From positions 189,720,001-189,784,000 of the forward strand of contig CM097885.1 of assembly GCA_044892525.1 (NCBI GenBank): DNA of 64,000 nucleotides, in the 5' to 3' direction. A program made the position numbers and the translations under genes. Below, piece after piece: positions 50,201 to 58,600 of the stretch. Source of the DNA: Schmidtea polychroa (Eukaryota). Each line of letters opens with the position of its first letter. Position 1 is the first letter of the stretch. Under the pieces are notes generated by a model. The model was not told the DNA's origin, made no database searches, and worked only from the letters and a program-made list of their open reading frames with translations.

Positions 50201-53200
50201 TTGCAAACTGATACCATGGAAAAAAGTGTGGATCGAAAGGGAAGCTCGATGGGATTGGGAGCAGCAAAAGTTGGAACCAAATTGGATAGATAATATACCT
50301 GAGGAGATCGCAGCAGTATGGGTAAGAGAGAAACCAATCGATGCTTACCAGGATATATTACCACAAGAATTCCAAAATGAGTTACAATCAGGAGAAGATG
50401 AGGAGATACGAGAACCGGTAAGGTTAGCACCATTCACGTGGAAAATTGAGAATTGGATGGAAAAGATAAAATCAGCAAGGGAAGAGAAAATCACACGATT
50501 AGTAAGTCCACCGTTCTACTCAGGATTAGGTGAGTACAAGATGAAATTGCGAATATACCCGAACGGAGATGGGGTAGGAAAAGGAAGTTATGTGTCGGCA
50601 TTCTTCATCATCTGCAAAGGGAATTATGACGATAAGGTACCAGGGCCGTTTAGCAGAAAGGTAACGATAGCGATCGAACCACTGAAAGATAGCCTTAACA
50701 TACATAAAGAAACAATGAAACCAGACCCAAGGAGCACATGCTACCAACGACCAACAACATCAGAAAATACCGCTTCTGGGACGTCTAAATTAATACGTCT
50801 AAATTACATTGAGAATGAACAATCAATATTTGTGAAAGACAATGCTATCCAGATAAGAGTAGAAGTTGAAACAGAGCAAGAAATGAACCAACGACTGAAC
50901 ATACCAGAAAATCAACCGAGAATCTGTATGATGAGGAGAAGAGTGCCTGATTCAGGATATCTACCAATAGACGCCGACGCAGATGAGGAGGAAGCAGCAA
51001 CATTGTTGGAAGCACAAAAATGTAAGGAATTGATGGAGATATTACAAAACGGGGCGAAAAATCGTCGACGAGCGGTAGTAGAACTACCAAAATGGATAGC
51101 CGAATCATGCAAAAGGATTCAAAACCTACGAAAAATCGTTAAAGCGATTGAAGAATATCGACGGGTATACGTATGGTACCCTGAACAATTTGGTGAAATC
51201 ATTCGGAAATGGAAACAACAAGAGTGGGCCGAAAACTTACCTGAGAAATATCAACTAAAAATATTCTTGCCAGATTTTGAACCAATGGAAAAGGAATTCT
51301 ACTCAACAGCCAAGGTCAGGGAAGTTAAAAAGAGAATACCTTATGAACTCCCATTCCACTTACAACACGAGGGACGATCATTAGACGACGATATCGAAAT
51401 TGGTGTGACACCACTCCAAGGAGAAATTGTGAACAGATTAACGGTGAGTAAAATTACAGGGAGAGAATTAAGAAGAAGAGAAATAAAGCAAAAATCATCT
51501 ACACAACAACCAGGAAGTTTAGACACACCAGAAGTTCCAAATGCGGTTAGTGAAGTAACGATCGAAACAACGGGAGAAGACGAAATACTAGACGAATTAC
51601 AAGAGATAGTAGAAACAGGCGAGATAATGAGAGCATCGCAATCAGGAGATCTATTCATCGACGAAGGTGAACCAACAACTGATGATCTAGATGGATTTGT
51701 TTGTGCGCAAAGACAACCAGTGGAAACGACAGAAGCCGAGACGGATTTAGATAAGGTGGGGGGAAGTGCCAATAAAGATGTAACCACAACCGATGAATGG
51801 AGTAACTGGAGAGTAGATCCAGGAGCGACCACGTCAAAAGATACAACTTACAATCCGCCAAAACGGAAAGAAACCGGAACGGCTATGGATCGACGAACAA
51901 GAGGAAGACCAAAAACAGATAAAGCAGAGGTGGAACCAAAATCCAAAATGCAAGCACAAATGGAACAGGTAAAAACTAAAATGGATAAACTAAGCGCATT
52001 AGTAAAACAAGTCAAAGTGAAAACAAACGTCCGGGAACAAGGGACACGATGGATAAACGACTTATTAGCTAACATGTTAGCGTTAGCAAATCCAGATGTG
52101 AAAAGAGTAATGAGGAAGGATAATATTCCGACCGAAGCCAAACAATTATGGGCGGTATTGAAACCGATAATAATGAAAATCATGGATAATAAAATTCGAT
52201 TAACGTTAAAGGATCCCGTGGAACTCAGATTAATTGTGGAACATCTGTTAAGCAGATCAGAAGACCAAAATCGATATTTAGTGGGATTAGCGTATTTGGT
52301 GTATAACGTCATTGGTCAATATAAAAAACGAATGCCAAAATATAACGCAACTGGTTATGAATTCACAGTAACAGAAATAATCAAACAATCAATAGAACCA
52401 TATATACTTGAACAAGGGGGATGGAGAAACTTCATCGAATCAACTGGGAAGAAAGATCAAACGGAGATGATGCAAGCAAAGTTACGCGATTTGCTAACGG
52501 AATTCGAAGGAACAATCAATATGAACGACCCAAGAGCAAGCCGAAAGGGAATAAATGCCATAATAACCACGATATTGATATGGATGATGTGCATCAAAGG
52601 AACGGAGTCATTTGCAGTATACGACTGCGACAACATAAAAATCCATGAGAAATATTCATTAAAGGATACGGAAGACTGTAAAGCGGCAAACCCAAGAAAA
52701 TTACAAACAGTCATGGCATCAGTCTCGTATAACGTATATCAAGAAGCAGATTTCATCAAAACCATGGTCCAAGAATGTACGGTAACCAGAAAGATATTTG
52801 CACATCACTGCGGTTCATCCTCCCACTCAACAATCATAGAACCGGGATTGGAATCGACAGTAATATTACTATCAAGAGAGGAATGCGAGGAAGGATTCCG
52901 ATCAGGGAGAATCCACTTAAGGCAAGGGATTGAAATTGCTGCAGAACCAGGAAAAATAAAAACGACTCGCGTGTATACGGCGGGCAGAATCACTAAAGGA
53001 GATGGAACATGTGAGACAGGAACGTACACCTTGAACGGACAACTGGTTAGTGGAGTGGTCGTGATAGAAAGCTACGAAGCTAAATTAGAAAGGTATCAAG
53101 GTTATTTCGACCCTGACACGCAAGCAATGAAGAAATACCCAAGTTGTCTCGCATCAGATCGATCATGTTCAACCGGAATGTCAACTCTGGTATACCATGC

Positions 53201-55667
53201 GGATCAGAAGGTATGTCGACTAATGTTGCTCAAAACAGCAATATTCGAAGAAATCCAAGCGAAAGTATACAGTGAACCAAAAGGAGAAGCAGAAAAACGA
53301 GCGATGGAAGAGTTGAGAGCAAGGAAAGGATTCAGAGAAGACGTAATAACCTCGAAATTGGAATCGGAAGTAACACCCACAGCGATAATCTCCAAAGACG
53401 ATGGAATAGGAATGAGGTTCATAAAGAACAAAATGGTGAGTAAATGCGATGAGATGGTGATCAGCACCAATTATAAAGGGATCTACTTGTCGCGGAGAAC
53501 CCTAGCAAATGCAGTCGGAAGACTAAGCGAAAAGGATGTCAAACTATATTTATACGCTAATAATAAGATGGATTTCTTATATCACAGAGGATTAACATCC
53601 ACGGAAAAAGTCTACCATGATCTGTTAAGAAACGATTGCCTGCTCAACAAAGAAATACTGAGAACCAAATTAGCAATGGCGATTACAAATCCAGATAACG
53701 CAATTCCGCTACTACCATTACAGGAAGGATATTTCGGACGAATCGTGGGTGAAGTGATGTACACCTACCAATGCAAAAAGATAATGGCAAGATTGCCAGA
53801 AAACCCTACAATACCAAGAGATAAGTGTGCAAACGAACTCGAAATTATTCACGAAGGTAAACCCAGGTTTGTGCAAGCAGTCACTAGGGTAATGAACCCG
53901 GTAGGGTTTCAACCAAACCTGTTTAATTGTAGTAATGCATATGGACCAATGTATGAAAAAGAAGATGGACAATGGGTTCAATTCCCAAGTAAAACAATCG
54001 TAGTAACACCCAAGAAATTTGGATTGACGGAACTAACAACAGAACTAGAGTTCAAGCCGATAGACGTATCCCAGAGTGGATTATATACACCAAAAGATCT
54101 CGAATCAGCAAGAGCCCACCTGTTATTCCCAGCGCAAAGACAAGCAATCTTATCAAATATAGTGACTATTTCTGGAGGAAATAATTATGGGGAGAGCCCG
54201 AACTACGAGCTATTATTATCACCAAGTCACTACCAACAAGCAACAGCAAACATGATGAAGGCTATGTGGGGTAGATTTTTAGTATTTGGCCAAATGATGG
54301 CAGGAATACTCGGAATTATTCTGATAATACAAATAGTTAGAGTGATACTAACTCAGATGCTAGCATGTTTTGACATCTATAAGCGCGAGAGAAAAGTAAA
54401 TTGGAAACTTGCAATTGGATTCTTACCGTTCTTAGCGAAAACAATGGTGTTACATGGACACTCAAAGGATATTCATCGAATAAAAAGATTGTTGAAAATA
54501 TTAACGCAAATGAAAGGGACAGACGAAGAAGTCGGACGTAAGTTCAAAGTGATAATGAGATTAGAAGCAGAAAGAACTCAAGAGAAAGCGAAAGGAACCG
54601 GGAAGTGGAAAAAGTGGATGAATCTCAGACGAGACGATGATAGTGATGACAATGATGATTTCGACGACGACGATAATAATCAAGGAGGGGTAACGTTGAT
54701 AAACAAAAATACAGCCACTTGGGAAAACGAAAAAATGAAACCATGGGGATCACCATATTTACAGGCACCAACTAATGGACCAATGCGACGACCAGGAACA
54801 ATGAGAGAACGGGTAAGAATGGGAACCGGGAGATTACCCGTACCAAATATTTACCCAACGGCGTATGAACCAAATTGGGCAGCAATGGACCCAACAATGA
54901 TCAAGCCAATTAAAAATGTGGGGCAAGAGGTGGAGACACGAACGATTGCGGTATTGCAGACACCAGCAGGACCATCGTTAACTATCACGGTCGAAGTAAA
55001 CGGAATAGAGATGGATGCAATGATTGATACCGGAGCAAATATCTCAGCAATAAATATGAATATGCTACCAGGAAGACTATGGCCATGCATTGAGGAGACA
55101 ACCATGGATGTAATAACATGCAGCAAACAATCCATAGCGGTAGTAGGAAGAGTATGGTCAACGATCGAATACAAAGGGGTTAAAGTTACAACGTACCTCG
55201 CAGTCATCAGACAGCTAAGCGTATCATGTATAATTGGAACAGATGTAATGCCGGAATTATTGAAAGAAATTGTGATTGATTTGAGTTCCATGAAATTAAA
55301 AGATAAAACTGGACAGATATGCACAATGAGAACAGAAGTGAGATGCTCCGAAAAAATGATAATACCAGCACGTACCCAGACAATATGTTATGTCAAGGTC
55401 GATAACGAAGCCAAAGGAGATATGATATTTGAACCAAGTCAAAAATTCGAGAAGAGAAGGGAGCTGCCATTGGCAAGAGAAATTGTCAGTATAAATGAGG
55501 ATAACGAGATACCCATCAACATCACCAATTTTGATGAGGAAGATAAAGTAATCTACGAAAACGAGAGACTTGGAAAACTCACACCAATGATGAACATTGA
55601 GCTGCCGGAGATAAAAAGCGAGGGAGCAGACGAAAAAGAATTATGGACCATCGATAGCGAACTCTAA
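47217..55667 (+). CDS. gag: Giant polyprotein part 1: Gag (3 CCHC), 2 ubiquitin-like, MATH, Bcl-2-like, fusion glycoprotein, aspartic protease
   Basis: First ATG 47217 (track start 46995 is TTG); FDGNINQLETF gag; knuckles 48012-48197; MATH 50427-50873; YILEQGGWRNF at 52401-52433; YDC/HCGxxSH glycoprotein 52548-54450; MIDTGANIS at about 55026. Confidence 0.92.
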   Translation: MTDGIPNVTGLTDPPETSNVHVNIGEFREKFRGEPFDGNINQLETFIKEFEVYITICHWPDIVVRERIPLYLKGSAQDVYLEAKCDATKLRTWKEIKEFLIKTFGTEKEGNRKMLDFLHRKQKYNESNALYACELRRLAREAFDSNQPVPEDKIIAVFVDGMKREDIRATLGCRAPETLEEALKIANKCETYLTPIQVAAMTAAPAAPAATATTTNNQVNNANPVMNQFIPGSQQLFKTPQTRNQDNGGNIQNFTNNFRNNDNRTCNICQRSGHWSNECYRARMCQKCGRRGHTENICRVPTMSTGRGGTRTCYNCNQPGHMVRECTMRAKPNQPGSNNPIQNTKINLMQEIEQLKDMIQRIPVNNQQQRINMMQSTEEIRKQPSKQQQDQQRIEWQRLQNEEAREIQERWKQREANPGRINMMRLTNKEESHTAEQCVNNEGSDLIKTTKENEIDPQTKLSSEEKIQLIKEFTKEEKERRQKKDESQDESKSNEIVTKNRIQRVLLQKIEDRIKNENPTLTKEQIKEKVKEHWFRKNEWFEKKEPHTKAKINMLRQMRSDQTDQEDEKSEVSSLGGELFQSSEENNEPKTPPNSETPQSSDRSENDDMKSMIEKDDEEIFEEIFDTVTEIERNESYINELTYRKCVKLITQVYQCEGGIITAAWKDLATRYKEKLKEAGPDQYQVSIQHPEIQIQTIELKGTNTDELYNWVQEKMGTSHKNKQLYVDGYKVKRGIHLVDAMIWPNETNILTLEKTRDDESVAEMFQKIQQVFNNEVEPELEKIERKIMKENQIILVKQAIDQARKYINRLRERWPQLMKQFVKDVRDTEIMRFEDERATELISKYGEYERTKCERETIKIKVKLPNEEKQIIEVDPDCQVDELVQIIDQEIIQKARENSEDGMIEDVIIMYNRHMLERGDRTVIYELGIWEDGAVINIIAMDEPSGGHKNATKTEQQIKRFQWGMRVKMDRIIDIYNHWLKDDKLKVAAFNDEDCKLIPWKKVWIEREARWDWEQQKLEPNWIDNIPEEIAAVWVREKPIDAYQDILPQEFQNELQSGEDEEIREPVRLAPFTWKIENWMEKIKSAREEKITRLVSPPFYSGLGEYKMKLRIYPNGDGVGKGSYVSAFFIICKGNYDDKVPGPFSRKVTIAIEPLKDSLNIHKETMKPDPRSTCYQRPTTSENTASGTSKLIRLNYIENEQSIFVKDNAIQIRVEVETEQEMNQRLNIPENQPRICMMRRRVPDSGYLPIDADADEEEAATLLEAQKCKELMEILQNGAKNRRRAVVELPKWIAESCKRIQNLRKIVKAIEEYRRVYVWYPEQFGEIIRKWKQQEWAENLPEKYQLKIFLPDFEPMEKEFYSTAKVREVKKRIPYELPFHLQHEGRSLDDDIEIGVTPLQGEIVNRLTVSKITGRELRRREIKQKSSTQQPGSLDTPEVPNAVSEVTIETTGEDEILDELQEIVETGEIMRASQSGDLFIDEGEPTTDDLDGFVCAQRQPVETTEAETDLDKVGGSANKDVTTTDEWSNWRVDPGATTSKDTTYNPPKRKETGTAMDRRTRGRPKTDKAEVEPKSKMQAQMEQVKTKMDKLSALVKQVKVKTNVREQGTRWINDLLANMLALANPDVKRVMRKDNIPTEAKQLWAVLKPIIMKIMDNKIRLTLKDPVELRLIVEHLLSRSEDQNRYLVGLAYLVYNVIGQYKKRMPKYNATGYEFTVTEIIKQSIEPYILEQGGWRNFIESTGKKDQTEMMQAKLRDLLTEFEGTINMNDPRASRKGINAIITTILIWMMCIKGTESFAVYDCDNIKIHEKYSLKDTEDCKAANPRKLQTVMASVSYNVYQEADFIKTMVQECTVTRKIFAHHCGSSSHSTIIEPGLESTVILLSREECEEGFRSGRIHLRQGIEIAAEPGKIKTTRVYTAGRITKGDGTCETGTYTLNGQLVSGVVVIESYEAKLERYQGYFDPDTQAMKKYPSCLASDRSCSTGMSTLVYHADQKVCRLMLLKTAIFEEIQAKVYSEPKGEAEKRAMEELRARKGFREDVITSKLESEVTPTAIISKDDGIGMRFIKNKMVSKCDEMVISTNYKGIYLSRRTLANAVGRLSEKDVKLYLYANNKMDFLYHRGLTSTEKVYHDLLRNDCLLNKEILRTKLAMAITNPDNAIPLLPLQEGYFGRIVGEVMYTYQCKKIMARLPENPTIPRDKCANELEIIHEGKPRFVQAVTRVMNPVGFQPNLFNCSNAYGPMYEKEDGQWVQFPSKTIVVTPKKFGLTELTTELEFKPIDVSQSGLYTPKDLESARAHLLFPAQRQAILSNIVTISGGNNYGESPNYELLLSPSHYQQATANMMKAMWGRFLVFGQMMAGILGIILIIQIVRVILTQMLACFDIYKRERKVNWKLAIGFLPFLAKTMVLHGHSKDIHRIKRLLKILTQMKGTDEEVGRKFKVIMRLEAERTQEKAKGTGKWKKWMNLRRDDDSDDNDDFDDDDNNQGGVTLINKNTATWENEKMKPWGSPYLQAPTNGPMRRPGTMRERVRMGTGRLPVPNIYPTAYEPNWAAMDPTMIKPIKNVGQEVETRTIAVLQTPAGPSLTITVEVNGIEMDAMIDTGANISAINMNMLPGRLWPCIEETTMDVITCSKQSIAVVGRVWSTIEYKGVKVTTYLAVIRQLSVSCIIGTDVMPELLKEIVIDLSSMKLKDKTGQICTMRTEVRCSEKMIIPARTQTICYVKVDNEAKGDMIFEPSQKFEKRRELPLAREIVSINEDNEIPINITNFDEEDKVIYENERLGKLTPMMNIELPEIKSEGADEKELWTIDSEL

Positions 55668-58600
55668 ATGAAGATGAAAAGGAACAACTCAGACAACTAC
55701 TGATTGAGTTTAAAGATATTTTTGCGGCTTCAGATTTGGATCTGGGTACTAGCGATGTAACTCAACACATTATACCATTAACAGATGAGACACCCATAAC
55801 CTTGAGACCATATCGATTGGCTGAAGCACAAAAAACGGTAGCAGAGGAAGAAGTACAAAAGATGTTAGATGCTGGTGTAATAGAACCTAGTTGCTCACCA
55901 TGGCAATTCCCAGTAGTAATGGTCAAAAAGAAAGATGGCACACAGAGATTTTGTATTGACTATCGGAGGTTGAATGCAGTAACTAAAAGGGATACGTACC
56001 CACTGCCAGACATAAACGAAATGTTACAGATGTTGCATGGAGCAGCATACTTTACATCTTTAGATCTAAAGAGTGGATACTGGCAAATTAAAGTTAAAGA
56101 GGAAGATAGAGAAAAGACAGCCTTTACCATCGGAAAAGATTTATATCAGTTTAAAAAGATGCCATTTGGATTAACAAACGCACCTGCTTCGTTTCAGAGA
56201 TGTATGAACTTTGTGACACACGGGATCAAACAATGTATGGTGTATATTGATGATCTGTTAATTTATTCAGGTACTTTCGAGCAACACTTAATCGACATCA
56301 GAAACATATTCATAAGACTGAAACAATGGAAGCTGAAGTTGAAACCGTCAAAATGCGATTGGGCAAAGGAGAGAGTCACATTTTTAGGACACATTGTGTC
56401 GGCAAAAGGAAAAGAACCAGATCCGAGAAACGTTGAGAAAATAAAGAATTGTCCGATACCAAAAACCGTGACTCAGGTGCAAGAATTTCTGGGATTATGC
56501 GGTTACTACCGCAAGTTCATCAAAAATTATGCAACTATCGCAAAACCAATTCAGGAACTAACAAAAAAGGATACTCCATTTCTGTGGGAAAGGGAACAGC
56601 AAATAGCGTTCGAATCGCTAAGAGATAAATTAATAGCCTCGCCTATCTTAATCCACCCAGATTTCAAAAAGCCTTTTTTATTAGCAACTGATGCAAGTGG
56701 ATACGCATCAGGAGCTGTGCTAGGACAATGGGATGAGGAGAAAAGAGAAAGAGTCATCGGATATTATAGCAAGACGTTCAAAAAGCACGAAAAGAATTAC
56801 TCAGTCACAGAAAGAGAAGCTTTAGCAATAATTCAGGCGATAAAACATTTCAAATATTTATTATGGGGGCACGAGATAATTATTACTACGGATCACCAAC
56901 CTCTAGTTTGGTTGGGCCAACATAAAGAAGCATCTAGCCGATTAATGAGATGGGCAATGCAATTACAGGAATATTCCCCATATATCAAGTTCAAGTCAGG
57001 AAAAGCAAACGCAAATGCAGATTGCATGTCGAGATTCGTATTTGAAGAACTCATGGATCATGACGTCAGGCGAATATGCATGATAATCGCGGAAGATATC
57101 GATTTTACCAATCTAAGGAACGAACAAAAGGAAGACAGCGAATTGAAACTAATAATCGAATTCCTGGATAAAAACGATATGAAAATATTCAACAACGAGG
57201 ATCGATTGAAAGAACATATGGAGAAAAATCGTCACAGATATACAATCGAGAAAGAATGGCTATTGGTAATGGATGGCGACAAACGACTGATGTGTCTACC
57301 AGAAAGTAGACGGAAAGAAATTATGATTCAATACCACGACGGTAAATTGGGCGGACATATGTCAGCCAAGAAAACAGAAGCAAGGCTCAAACAGAAATAT
57401 TACTGGCCAAATATGAGCGATGACGTGAAAGAATGGATTAAGAACTGCTTGATATGCGCAACCAGAAAAACAACGGGCAGTAAACTAAAGCCGCCATTGA
57501 AACCAATGCCGATACCGCCAGAACCGATGACAATGATTGCAATGGATGTAGTTGGACCACTACCAGAGACTAACAGTGGAAATGTGTATATATTGGTAAT
57601 AACTGATTATCTGACTAAGTTCCCTGAAGCATTTGCGATGCCAGACCAAAAAGCACGAACGGTTGCAAGGATATTAGTGGAAGAGATCTGCTGCAGATAT
57701 GGAACACCAAAACAAATCTTAACTGACCAAGGAACTAATTTCATGAGCGAGATAATAAATGAAGTGACAAATTATTTTAGAATTGCCAAATTGAGAACCT
57801 CACCATACCACCCGCAAACGAATGGTCAGACAGAAAGATTTAACGGCATACTAATAGACATGATGTCCAATTACGTGAGTAAACATCAAAAGGACTGGGA
57901 TGAATATATTAAGTTGTGTCTAATGGCTTATCGAATGTCAATACACTCAGCAACGAAAATGAGTCCGTTTAAACTCATGTATGGAAGGGAATGCAACATG
58001 CCGATGGATCTCGAATACCAACCGCCAATCTCACAATATATGGAAATAGATGATTATGTGACCAAGTTCAAGGAGAGAATGCAAGAAATATGGAAAACCG
58101 CAGGGATGAACATCCGATTCAACCAAGAGAGTTATAAGGAATTACATGATAAAAAGAAGAACGTGCAAAACCATCAATTTAAAGTCGGAGATTGGGTTAT
58201 TATAGAAACACCCGAATTAATCCCAGGAACAGCAAAGAAATTACAACGTAATGGCAGAGGGCCATATGAAATCATCCATGTAAACGAGAACAACGCTAGA
58301 GTGAAGTTGGTTAACAATCCACTAATTAGACCCATTTATGTGAATACATGTCGATGCAAAGCAGTAGCGAAAACTGCCACTAAAGACCCAGAAACAAGGA
58401 GGATAATTACGAGATCACAAACAAATGCCACAACGGAACCAGAAGTAAGCGGTAGATTAACTAGATCACAGACAAGACGGATATTCATGTTGAGAGGAGA
58501 AACAAGCAGCAGCGCCCATAAAGGAACTGAAGCAGAAAGCGAAGCTGACGCAATGGCAAGGAGCCAAGCAACATGGAATATGACAGTAAAAATAGCACGA

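Noticed and set aside
55330-55600. Beta-rich segment after the protease as a captured dUTPase
   Set aside because: dUTPase catalytic motifs are not visible; similar spacers are common in Gypsy pol
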